Source of the DNA: Bacteriovoracaceae bacterium
Lineage (GTDB): Bacteria > Bdellovibrionota > Bacteriovoracia > Bacteriovoracales > Bacteriovoracaceae
Length of the DNA: 47,975 nt
Assembly (NCBI GenBank): GCA_023146355.1
Contig: JAGLCH010000223.1
Location: 1-47,975 of the forward strand
Direction: 5' to 3'
The notes below the pieces were generated by a model. The model saw only the letters and a list, made by a program, of their open reading frames with translations. It was not told the origin of the DNA and made no database searches. Position numbers and translations under genes: made by a program. Positions 30,301 through 38,815 of this stretch are shown here, piece after piece. Positions within the stretch are counted from its first letter, which is position 1, and each line of letters opens with the position of its first letter.

Positions 30301-30599
30301 AATATAAGCTGCTTGATTGCGACTGCGCTAATGAATTTTGGATTCATGATGGCGACAAAGTTATTGCTGTTCAGCGTGGTGAGCTATATTTTGTCTTCAA
30401 CTTCGCCCCCCAGAATTCATATAGAGACTATATGATCGCCTTCCCCAAAGGTGAGTATGAACTTGTGATGCATTCCGATCAAGAGTTGTTTGGAGGTTAC
30501 AATAATTTACCATCTGTGGGATACAAGCAGTCAACATTTGATGACAAACTGTCTTTATACATCCCTTCGAGAACAGTTCAGGTATTTAGGAAAGTCTGA
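27333..30599 (+). CDS. Fusion protein: degenerate protoporphyrinogen-oxidase (HemY)-like N-domain plus eukaryote-type GH13 1,4-alpha-glucan branching enzyme
   Basis: Residues 1 to ~422 align by eye with HemY/PPO ([38 protein letters not shown]...[16 protein letters not shown]), but the FAD GxGxxG motif reads GSELTS. From residue ~436 the sequence is GBE1-like: [101 protein letters not shown]. One uninterrupted ORF. Confidence 0.85.
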   Translation: [1088 protein letters not shown]

Positions 30600-30608
30600 T
30601 TAAATCTA

Positions 30609-30641
30609 ATTGATTCTCAGGTACCTTGCTTGAGAATCAAT
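30609..30641 (+). terminator. 11-bp inverted repeat just after the fusion gene (possible terminator or RNA stabiliser)
   Basis: ATTGATTCTCA ... TGAGAATCAAT with an 11-nt loop. No T-run follows, so intrinsic termination is uncertain. Confidence 0.35.
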
Positions 30642-30822
30642 GTTACTAGAAACTTGAAAAATACTTAAGTGTTGTAGTCAGTTTAGTAAATGCATATGGC
30701 ATATTTGTACTATCTCATTTTTTTTAAACTCAAGTCGCTTAAGTGTCATAATAGTAAAGTCGGGGCAATCACCTTTTCCCAATCGCCCTAATTGGGACGA
30801 TAACTCAACGTAAGAGGAATCT

Positions 30823-31257
30823 ATGAGTTCAATGTTAAAAAATATTAATAGAGAAGATCTAAAAAAGTTCGTTCACTATATTTTGTTTGAAAATAATACC
30901 TCAGGTACATCGGTATTAGATACTCAACAGATTTCTTTAATGGAGTTAGGGGAGGAGGGTGTTGTACTACGGGCACCAACAAAATCTTGCCAGCAAAAAC
31001 ATAACCTTACTCTGTACCTCTATTTTATGCCATTAGAATTAAAAATAAAATCCTCTCGGGATTTAAAAAGTAAAAAAAATAAACATCTCTCAGTTATCGG
31101 AATCGTTAAAGATAAAGAGCTAGTTGAGGGGGAGGACTACTGCTATATCAAAGTAGATTTTACTCAGTTTGATGAGTACCAGTGGGAGCAGTTCTTAATG
31201 CTATATGAAGAGAGGCAAGAACTGATGAATAAAGTTGCACGAGATACTTGCGAGTAA
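30823..31257 (+). CDS. Hypothetical small protein, possibly a degenerate PilZ-like beta-barrel
   Basis: AAGAGGA RBS. The segment ISLMELGEEGVVLRAP...LTLYLYF resembles the PilZ core (DiS.gG...l.l.l), but no RxxxR motif is present. Confidence 0.4.
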   Translation: MSSMLKNINREDLKKFVHYILFENNTSGTSVLDTQQISLMELGEEGVVLRAPTKSCQQKHNLTLYLYFMPLELKIKSSRDLKSKKNKHLSVIGIVKDKELVEGEDYCYIKVDFTQFDEYQWEQFLMLYEERQELMNKVARDTCE

Positions 31258-31262
31258 ATGAA

Positions 31263-32585
31263 ATGGCACTAGATAAAAATGATAAAAAACATCAGCCTAT
31301 TTTGGAATATTTTCAAGGGAAAAAGGCATTAGTTGTTCACCCTTCTAGTTCGATTCGAATGACTATTCGAAAGGTTTTGACTGGAATTGGTATTAGTAAT
31401 AACGATATCACTCAAACAGATTCTCTTAAGGAAGCGACTAAAATAGTAGTGGATGAAAGGCCGAATTTTGTCTTTAGCTTTATGAACTCGGAGGATGAGA
31501 GCTGTCTAGAACTTTCTGAGTTATCGGCAAAGTCTTGTCCAAACCGCCTTCGTGGAGGTTTTTTTCTCCTCACCTCAGAGAACTCTAGTTCAATTTCGAG
31601 CTTAATGTACGACTATGAAATTGATGCAATTATTACGCAGCCTTATACCAATAAATCACTTGAAAGTGCGATTCTCAATTCTATTGAGCCTAAAGTAAAA
31701 CCCACTCCTGCATTTACAATTCTTTGTAATGGTAAAGAGCAACTTTTTCTAAACGATGAAGATAAGGCGTATGATATTTTTACCGAGGCCACAATGATTG
31801 GTAAGGGAGTTGCAACAGCATTTTATTATTTGGCGAGAATTGAGTCTCTAAGAAATAACGCAGATGATGCTATTAGTTTTATCGCAGATGGCCTAAAAGA
31901 TAATCCGAAGAACTACTACTGCTTGTCTTTTGGAACAACTCTTCTTTTTGATCAGAAAAGATATGTTGAGGCGTATGACTATGCTCAAAAGCTTCTAGAG
32001 AATTACCCTCTATCTCCCATGCGAATACCTGAACTTATTAGGCTTTCTATTGCGACTCAAAATTTTGAGGACATTGTTGGATTTGGCGAACTCTTTAAGG
32101 AGCTTGAAAACCTTGGTGGAACAGTTAAGCGCTACATTTCTGCAGGCCTTGCAACTTGTGGACGTTATTTGGTAAAAAAAGATGACTTCGAATCTGCATC
32201 CCCAATCTTAAAAGAAGCACTTTCTTATTCTAACGGGAAAGTCATGATTTTAGAGAATATTGTATGGAGTTATTGCCTTGCAGGAGAACTTCTTCAAGGG
32301 AGAGCTGTTTATCAAAAAATGTGCGAAGTATTTAAGATTGATGAGAATAGAATGAAGGAATATGATTTACGCATGGTGAATGAGTTCTCAAATGATATTA
32401 CTGAAACGATTCTGTTAGGTGCCAAGATTATTGGAGAGGGCGTTTCTTCTTTTTCAGTTTTTAAGCTGGTTCTGAATTCGATGATTGGGCTTGATCGAAA
32501 GGAAGAGCTTAGAGAGGATATCATTCATACTGCAATCAAGAAATTTCCTGAGAGTAAGGATGAATTTCTAAAGTATCTAAATTAA
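31263..32585 (+). CDS. Pseudo-receiver domain plus TPR-like helical repeat protein
   Basis: Receiver-like fold (KKALVVHPSSSIR...PNFVFSFMN...FFLLTSE...ITQPY) with the acidic pocket, acceptor Asp and conserved Lys all substituted. The C-terminal ~290 aa are helical-repeat. ATG 31263 is preferred over the listed TTG 31248, which overlaps the upstream gene. Confidence 0.6.
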   Translation: MALDKNDKKHQPILEYFQGKKALVVHPSSSIRMTIRKVLTGIGISNNDITQTDSLKEATKIVVDERPNFVFSFMNSEDESCLELSELSAKSCPNRLRGGFFLLTSENSSSISSLMYDYEIDAIITQPYTNKSLESAILNSIEPKVKPTPAFTILCNGKEQLFLNDEDKAYDIFTEATMIGKGVATAFYYLARIESLRNNADDAISFIADGLKDNPKNYYCLSFGTTLLFDQKRYVEAYDYAQKLLENYPLSPMRIPELIRLSIATQNFEDIVGFGELFKELENLGGTVKRYISAGLATCGRYLVKKDDFESASPILKEALSYSNGKVMILENIVWSYCLAGELLQGRAVYQKMCEVFKIDENRMKEYDLRMVNEFSNDITETILLGAKIIGEGVSSFSVFKLVLNSMIGLDRKEELREDIIHTAIKKFPESKDEFLKYLN

Positions 32586-32587
32586 TA

Positions 32588-32612
32588 AAAAAGGCCCTAG
32601 GGCCTTTTTTTA
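32588..32612. terminator. Bidirectional terminator between convergent genes
   Basis: AAAAAA-GGCCC-TA-GGGCC-TTTTTTT palindromic hairpin flanked by A- and T-runs. It lies between the + gene end (32585) and the kce end (32610). Confidence 0.6.
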
Positions 32613-33428
32613 TAATCCTAAAATTTCTCTTGTCTCTGCGGGGGTTGCTACTGGTCGATCCATCTCAAGTGCTATCCTTGCAACTCGCGCTACAAACTCT
32701 GCATTAGATTTGGCATGAACACCTTTAGTGAAATACATATTGTCTTCAAGGCCAACACGCACATGACCACCCATAGCTATGGCGTGGGCCGTAAGTGGAA
32801 GTTGAAAACGTCCAACCCCAGCGACACACCATGTTTGTCCTTCAGGTAGCATATTAACGAGCATATTGAGGTTATGAATAGTTCCACTCATTCCACCTGG
32901 AACTCCGAGTACAAAGTCAATATGGTGTTTTGCTGGAATCCATCCCTTCTTTACATATTTTGGAACTGCTTCCATCATACCGTAATCGAAGATCTCAAGC
33001 TCAGGCATTACGCCATACTTAACTTCATCTGCTGCTATTGTTTTGATAATGTGTTCTGTATTTTCAAAAATTTCTGGTCCAAAATTTAGGGTGCCCATCG
33101 AAAGAGTTGCCATCTCAGGTCTAAGTGTCAGTGGTTCACATCTTAGTTTGAGAGGAGTTCCTGCAGCACCACCTGTAGTGTACTGGATAATTACATCCTT
33201 ATTTCTTTCTCTGATCTTTTCTGTTACTTCTTTGAATGTTGCTACATCTTGAGTTGGGTTACCATCAATATCTCTAACGTGAAGATGGATGATACTGGCC
33301 CCAGCGGCCGCAGCATCTGCTGCAGCGTCTGCGAGAGCATCAGTGGTCTCCGGGAAGTATGGATAGATCTCTTTATTTACTTCAGCACCAATAACAGCGC
33401 ATGTAATGATTAGTGGTTTACCTGCCAT
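32610..33428 (-). CDS. kce: 3-keto-5-aminohexanoate cleavage enzyme (BKACE family)
   Basis: 272 aa. LIITCAVIGAE N-terminus and IIHLHVRD, a TIM-barrel BKACE signature. Located in the lysine-fermentation cluster. Confidence 0.85.
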   Translation of the reverse strand: MAGKPLIITCAVIGAEVNKEIYPYFPETTDALADAAADAAAAGASIIHLHVRDIDGNPTQDVATFKEVTEKIRERNKDVIIQYTTGGAAGTPLKLRCEPLTLRPEMATLSMGTLNFGPEIFENTEHIIKTIAADEVKYGVMPELEIFDYGMMEAVPKYVKKGWIPAKHHIDFVLGVPGGMSGTIHNLNMLVNMLPEGQTWCVAGVGRFQLPLTAHAIAMGGHVRVGLEDNMYFTKGVHAKSNAEFVARVARIALEMDRPVATPAETREILGL

Positions 33429-33437
33429 GATAATCTC

Positions 33438-34679
33438 CTAAATCTTTGCACATTCAATGAGTGACTCTTCAATTGCCTTTACTACATAATCCATATCTTT
33501 ATATGTATGTGTTGCAGCGATATAGCCGTGATGGAAAGGTTGAAGGAATACTTTCTTTCTAATTAGCTCAGTATAAAAAGCAGGACGTCTCTTTTTATAT
33601 TTTTTATCAGCATCTTTGTTGAAGGTGATAAATGGCATCCATGGACAACCTGACAGAGTTACACTTACTGGTGAGTTTGCAATCACAGGTTGTAACTTTT
33701 CTTCTAGATAGTTTCCTAGCTTCTTGATTGTTCCTAGGATGTCATCTCTTTCCATAATCTCAATGGTCTTAAGAGCAGCAGTCTGTTCGAGACTGTTTGG
33801 AAAGAATGTAGAGCTTAGGAAGACTTCGTTGGCGATAACATTCATTATTTTACGTTGGCCCACGACTGCACCAATTGGATAACCATTTGCCATCGCTTTG
33901 CCGAATACAGATAGGTGAGGAGTTACGCCAAATTCTGCTTGGGCACCACCCATATTTACGCGAAATCCTGAACGTATCTCATCAAAAATGAGAACAATAC
34001 CGTGCTTCTCAGCAAGTTCTTTACAGCCCTCAAGAAATCCCGGTTTTGGCATTTCAACTTCGAATCCAAGAGGGTGACCAATTGGAGTTACAATAATTGC
34101 AGCAGTATCTGTACCGTGCTCTTGAATTAGCTTTTCAAGGCTTGCAAGATCATTGTAATGAAACTCATGAACATCTTCATAAGTTTTCGGAAGAACTCCT
34201 CCCTTTACTTCAACGCACCAGTCATGCCACCCATGGTAACCACAGCGAAAGACTTTTGATCTTTTAGTATATCCGCGAGCAATTCTAATCGCAGTTGTTG
34301 TTGCATCAGAACCAGTTTTTACAAATACTGACTGTTCACAACTTGGGATGATCTCACGTAGTTTTGCTGCGAGTTTATTTTGAACTTGTTGGGTAAGGCT
34401 CATGCAGAAGCCTTTATTTTGCATCTGGTCGATAACTGCATTGTCGATCTCTTCAACACGGTGACCAATAATGATTGGTCCATATGAGCAGAGCATGTCA
34501 ATATACTCGTTACCATCTACATCTTTAACTCGTCCGTCTTTAGCCGATTCTAGGAAAATAGGATATTCGCCGGCAACAAAGTTATATGGACGACGGATAC
34601 CTAGGATTGCTCCAGGGATCAGATCAAGTGCTTCTTCGTATAGCTCATTTGATTTATCTAGTGTTAGTTTTTCAGTCAT
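33438..34679 (-). CDS. Class-III (GSA-aminomutase-like) PLP aminotransferase; probable 3-aminobutyryl-CoA aminotransferase (Kat-type)
   Basis: DVDGNEYIDMLCSYGPIIIGH, FDEIRSGFR and PLP-Lys context SVFGKAMANGYPIG. ATG 34679 follows AAGGGAG and sits 1 nt after the kamE stop. The function is assigned from operon position and was not tested. Confidence 0.55.
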   Translation of the reverse strand: MTEKLTLDKSNELYEEALDLIPGAILGIRRPYNFVAGEYPIFLESAKDGRVKDVDGNEYIDMLCSYGPIIIGHRVEEIDNAVIDQMQNKGFCMSLTQQVQNKLAAKLREIIPSCEQSVFVKTGSDATTTAIRIARGYTKRSKVFRCGYHGWHDWCVEVKGGVLPKTYEDVHEFHYNDLASLEKLIQEHGTDTAAIIVTPIGHPLGFEVEMPKPGFLEGCKELAEKHGIVLIFDEIRSGFRVNMGGAQAEFGVTPHLSVFGKAMANGYPIGAVVGQRKIMNVIANEVFLSSTFFPNSLEQTAALKTIEIMERDDILGTIKKLGNYLEEKLQPVIANSPVSVTLSGCPWMPFITFNKDADKKYKKRRPAFYTELIRKKVFLQPFHHGYIAATHTYKDMDYVVKAIEESLIECAKI

Positions 34680-34680
34680 C

Positions 34681-35424
34681 TTATGCTCCCTTCTTATCAA
34701 TTAGTTTCATTACAATAAATGTTGCAACATCAGTTGGCACTGATCCAGGCCCAAAGCCGGCATCAAATCCAAGTTCAATTGCAAGGTCATTTGTTACTCG
34801 GGGTCCACCTGCCACAAGTACAAAGCGGTCTCTAACTCCCTCTGCTTCACAGAGCTCAATAAACTCAGTGAAATTTCTTATATGGGCATCTTTTTGAGTA
34901 ACTGTTTGAGATACTAGAATTGCTTCAGCATTTGTTTCCAGGGCCTTCTTGAGGAGCTCTTCACATGGAACCTGTGCTCCCATATTAAATGCTTCCATCT
35001 CAGGGTATCTTTCTAGGCCATAGTTTCCACTATATCCCTTCATATTCATGATCGCATCAATACCAACAGTGTGGGCATCAGAGCCAATTGAGGCACCAAC
35101 TACAGGAACCTTTCTATTTAGCTCCTCTTTGATTTTTTTGTTGATCTGGTAGTAATCCCAGTTCTCAGTCTTAACTTCTGTTGCAACAATTGTTGAGTAG
35201 TCTAGTGTTGGCCTTGCCTTTCCATAAACGACAAAATAAGTGAAGCCCTTACCAATTGTCTCTGAAAAAGAAATTTGTGGCTCATCAATATTTAGCAGTC
35301 TTGCATATTCTTCTGCCGCTTTTTTTGCCTTTGCTCCATCGTCGATTGGAAGAGTAAAGGATAGTTGGATGATGCCATCGTTAAGGGTGTCTCCATATGG
35401 TTTAATGATTTCTTGATTACTCAT
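34681..35424 (-). CDS. kamE: Lysine 5,6-aminomutase beta subunit (B12- and PLP-binding)
   Basis: DxHxxG cobalamin motif (GSDAHTVGIDAIMNMKGY) and a Rossmann-like B12 domain with VLVAGGPRV. The start ATGAGTAA overlaps the kamD stop. Confidence 0.85.
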   Translation of the reverse strand: MSNQEIIKPYGDTLNDGIIQLSFTLPIDDGAKAKKAAEEYARLLNIDEPQISFSETIGKGFTYFVVYGKARPTLDYSTIVATEVKTENWDYYQINKKIKEELNRKVPVVGASIGSDAHTVGIDAIMNMKGYSGNYGLERYPEMEAFNMGAQVPCEELLKKALETNAEAILVSQTVTQKDAHIRNFTEFIELCEAEGVRDRFVLVAGGPRVTNDLAIELGFDAGFGPGSVPTDVATFIVMKLIDKKGA

Positions 35425-36979
35425 TGATAACCCCCTCTTTCTCAATTTGGCTCATAATTGGGTTAGTGTAGTCTGCTGATTTTATAAATACACCTTCAAG
35501 GCCTTTTCCCCCGTCCATTGCACGCTTTATATCTGCAAAGTGACCTTTGCCTATTGCTTGCATAAATCCCTCATCTTCAAGTTGAGTTAGAAAGCTTTCA
35601 ACTTCATCAAGAACGTGTTGTGCACGTTTTTGTATCAGGCCATCCTTTTTAAATTCAATTTCACTTCCAAGGTCTTTCGCTACGTTAAAAATATAATTGA
35701 TATTTTTAAGTGCTTTAGCACGGTCTTGCATCAGTGGTGTATGGATGGCCTCTGTGAGTATGCCGGCAAGGTGAATCCCTTGGTCAGTGGTGACGGAGGC
35801 AATATTAAACATCGTATCCATTACATGAGAATAGAATATATCAGTGCTTTTATATTTTGTTGGAGGCATGTATTTCAGTGGAGCATTAGGGAATAACTCA
35901 CGTGCTAGTTGCGCGTGGGCCAGTTCTAACAGAAATGCGTTTTCAACTTCAGGATTAATCTCAAAAGCATGACCTAGTCCTAGAAGATCATCGGTGAGGA
36001 GTGCTCTTTTTCCAATTGCTTCATTAATCAATTGTGACGCTGTTACAGTGTAGGCATTGTCAATTGCATCAGATGTCGTGAGGTAGTTGTCTTCACCCGT
36101 ATTGATTACAATCTTAGCTCTTGAGCACAGTAGGCGAGAAAAGTACTGGTCAATAAAAGTTCTCTGAATATTAATGTCACGGAAAAGGATGCCATACATT
36201 GAGTCATTGAGAAGCATATCAAGATCTTCAATCGCAGCACAGGCCGCAATCTCTGCCATGCATAGCCCGGATGAGTAATTTACAAGGCGAACATAGCGTC
36301 CTTCTTTTTTCATTTCATCATCAAGTGCTTCACGCATAATTTTAAAGTTTTCTTGTGAAGCATAGGTACCGCCAAATCCCTCGGTAGTGGCACCATAAGG
36401 TACATAATCTAAGAGAGACTGCGCGGTAGAACGAATAACTGCAATAATGTCAGCACCAGAATTAACTGCTGCCCGTGCCTGGGTTCTATCTTCATAGATA
36501 TTTCCGGTGGCAACAATAAGGTATTTCCAGGGGGTGGGTGGAAGAGGACAGCTTGCCTGCTTCTCTGCTTTTCTAAAGCGTGTTCTATCTAAAATACCAA
36601 CTGCTGAATCTGATAATTCTTTTTCTTTTTTATCTATTTCGCTTTTAGAAAATTCTGTGATGTTCCCAAAATCGATTTCACCACTAGCGATAAGGTCTGC
36701 TGTGGTTTTAGCATCGCGACCAGACTTTAGTACTGCTGCTGCAAAGTGCCTTGAAGATCCTGTCGCCAGCTTGCCTTTCTCTTTTAATATTTCAATCAGC
36801 GCATTGGGGAGTGGGATACCTTCATCAGTGATTCCATCAACTCCGTAAAGTCTAAGTATTGTTCTTTCAACAGAAACGGAGGATCTACTTTTTACAAAGT
36901 CCTCAACTTGAGCAGCAATATTATCAGCGAGTGTTTTTACTCTCTGAACCTGCTCGGGACGAAGGCCAATTTGTGCCAT
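35417..36979 (-). CDS. kamD: Lysine 5,6-aminomutase alpha subunit
   Basis: 520-aa TIM-barrel subunit. Size, partnership with kamE, and conserved stretches (VERTILRLYGVDG, YASQENFKIMREAL, NTGEDNYLTT) fit KamD. Confidence 0.85.
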   Translation of the reverse strand: MAQIGLRPEQVQRVKTLADNIAAQVEDFVKSRSSVSVERTILRLYGVDGITDEGIPLPNALIEILKEKGKLATGSSRHFAAAVLKSGRDAKTTADLIASGEIDFGNITEFSKSEIDKKEKELSDSAVGILDRTRFRKAEKQASCPLPPTPWKYLIVATGNIYEDRTQARAAVNSGADIIAVIRSTAQSLLDYVPYGATTEGFGGTYASQENFKIMREALDDEMKKEGRYVRLVNYSSGLCMAEIAACAAIEDLDMLLNDSMYGILFRDINIQRTFIDQYFSRLLCSRAKIVINTGEDNYLTTSDAIDNAYTVTASQLINEAIGKRALLTDDLLGLGHAFEINPEVENAFLLELAHAQLARELFPNAPLKYMPPTKYKSTDIFYSHVMDTMFNIASVTTDQGIHLAGILTEAIHTPLMQDRAKALKNINYIFNVAKDLGSEIEFKKDGLIQKRAQHVLDEVESFLTQLEDEGFMQAIGKGHFADIKRAMDGGKGLEGVFIKSADYTNPIMSQIEKEGVINE

Positions 36980-37221
36980 TATCAGCTCCTTTTATAACGT
37001 TAGGGTTTGGGTTGTTTGGGTATAGTTTAAGTACCTAAATTATCAAATTCTAGAGCATTTTAAAAGAGTTCAGCACACAATTGTTAATTGTAATGAAAAA
37101 ACTACCATTATAAGAAGTTTTATTCTTACAATGGCCAGCTCTATGGTTGACTTTGCGCATCATGTTATGTAGTTTTCACAAACGAAACTTAGCTAAGCAA
37201 ACCATCATAGGGGGATATATT

Positions 37222-37548
37222 ATGTTTAAGAAGGTATTATTGCTTTCTTTGGCCTGTATTTTACTTACAGGTTGTAAGAAGAAGAGTTCAGTTCCTTACT
37301 TTTCAAAATTAAAAAGTGGGAAAATTATCAGTAAGTTTATTCCAGCACGTTTATTTGCAAAGGAAACATCTAGAGTTATTAATACTCTAAGTGCTTCAAC
37401 ATTAGAAACAATCTCAAAACAAAAAACTAAGAGTGATTGGAATCTGTCAGGTGTTGATCTTGGCCTATCACTTAGTAGTACTGTAGGTGTAGGTCCTGTT
37501 TCTGTTGGCACCAATCCTGTTTTTATACTTTATTTTAGAAAGAAGTAG
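37222..37548 (+). CDS. Lipoprotein carrying one copy of the W...SxSG...aromatic-basic module
   Basis: The in-frame ATG 37222 follows GGGGGA. It has a canonical lipobox (LLTGC) and a C-terminal module DWNLSGVDLGLSLSSTVGVGPVSVGTNPVFILYFRKK. Confidence 0.6.
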   Translation: MFKKVLLLSLACILLTGCKKKSSVPYFSKLKSGKIISKFIPARLFAKETSRVINTLSASTLETISKQKTKSDWNLSGVDLGLSLSSTVGVGPVSVGTNPVFILYFRKK

Positions 37549-37556
37549 GAGAAATC

Positions 37557-38807
37557 ATGAAATTTATTTTTATTGCTTTAATAGTGTTGTCTAGTGCAAC
37601 TTTTGCTTCAACAGACTTTACAGGCCAGCTTCCGAGTAGTTGGGTTCAGTTGCCTGAGGATGGTGGAGTTCAATCTGGTAGTATAATGAAGGGCGGACAG
37701 TCTCTCGGTGCTGCTGCGGAGGCCGTTGATACAATCTTTTCCTCTAATCATGACGTTTTGAAAAAGGTTAAAACAGTTGAGAAGAATGGCTGGAGTCTTA
37801 CTGGCTTCCAGACAGGCCTTTATATCTCTGAGTCTGGACTTGTTGGTCTTGCAACTATGAAGGGTGTTCAGGGGATTCGACTTCATTGGAAAAGATATGA
37901 CGTTCCTGAGGTAAAAGAGACTGTCAGTAATAATACTATTCCTTTAACCTCAAAAATGACTTCAAATGAGATCCTTGCAGAAATTGGGCCGGCAATTCAA
38001 ATTGCTCTCAAATCAAAAAAAATCAAAGTTAAGGATGAGCGTCTTGTTCGAGCGGGCATAACAAATGCAGCAAGCAAATACCAAAAAATGATTCAAGGTA
38101 TAGAGTCTGCTCCTACTTCACAGTGGTTTGTTAATAAGCTTAGATTTGACATATCAATCTCAGCATCAGGGGTTGTTGTTCCTGGAGCCTCTGCTGGCGC
38201 TGCGATGAGGTTTCGCTTTGAATGGAGCCGTAAAGAAAGTGATCTAGTTAGGACTAGGATTAATTATAAAACTCCTACGTCAAAATTTGTTGCAGCAATG
38301 CTTGAGGATGTTGAGTTCTTCGAATTGCACTCGAAGGGGAATCCGAAGTTTAAGCTAACTAGCTTCTTAACTGGAATTAGCCTGACTGCTTCAGGAAATA
38401 TCGCCCTAGTTAAATCAAAAGTTGGAGTCGCTGGATATATTTATTTTGCTCGCAGGAAGGCACGTGTAGCAAGTGTCCCCGCAAAAAGTACAAAGTATTC
38501 ATACTCTTTACTGGCCAAATCTACTCCTCAACTTGAGTCATATGCAAATAGAAGTAATATTGAATTTGCAAAGAACTCAAATGGCACAACACTGTTCCAT
38601 TTGGACCGGGATAACTTTAGACGAGGACTTCTTAAAGCTGGGGAAATTTCACGCTTCTTTGTTGATAGGGCAGAGAGATCTCAGGGAAAGGTTTGGGGAA
38701 TTAATATAGTTGAAAATCAATTCAACCTATCTGTTTCTGGAACTGTTGGCGTTGCTGGTATTTCAGGTAGCTCAGTGTTTAGTATGTTGTATAAGAGAGT
38801 GGAATAG
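37557..38807 (+). CDS. Secreted 416-aa protein made of four copies of the same module
   Basis: AGGAG RBS and signal peptide MKFIFIALIVLSSATFAS. The four modules end in HWKRY, EWSRK, YFARRK and LYKRVE. Confidence 0.65.
   Translation: MKFIFIALIVLSSATFASTDFTGQLPSSWVQLPEDGGVQSGSIMKGGQSLGAAAEAVDTIFSSNHDVLKKVKTVEKNGWSLTGFQTGLYISESGLVGLATMKGVQGIRLHWKRYDVPEVKETVSNNTIPLTSKMTSNEILAEIGPAIQIALKSKKIKVKDERLVRAGITNAASKYQKMIQGIESAPTSQWFVNKLRFDISISASGVVVPGASAGAAMRFRFEWSRKESDLVRTRINYKTPTSKFVAAMLEDVEFFELHSKGNPKFKLTSFLTGISLTASGNIALVKSKVGVAGYIYFARRKARVASVPAKSTKYSYSLLAKSTPQLESYANRSNIEFAKNSNGTTLFHLDRDNFRRGLLKAGEISRFFVDRAERSQGKVWGINIVENQFNLSVSGTVGVAGISGSSVFSMLYKRVE
37791..38804 (+). repeat. Four protein-level repeats of a ~37-aa module within the 416-aa ORF
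   Basis: Modules lie at nt 37791-37898, 38124-38234, 38349-38459 and 38694-38804. Each is preceded by a helical linker. Shared pattern: W/F-x-hydrophobic ... h-S-h-S/T-x-S-G-x-V/I ... G ... h-x-h-x-aromatic-x-K/R-K/R. The similarity is at the amino-acid level only, not the DNA level. Confidence 0.6.
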
Positions 38808-38815
38808 GGGTAAGT

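Noticed and set aside
36980-37221. Possible cobalamin or lysine riboswitch in the kamD leader (also checked 43257-43426 for kdd)
   Set aside because: No B12-box-like GCCACTG/CAGTGGC core or L-box-like conserved helices are visible by eye on either strand. A covariance-model scan (Rfam cobalamin and lysine families) would be the decisive test.
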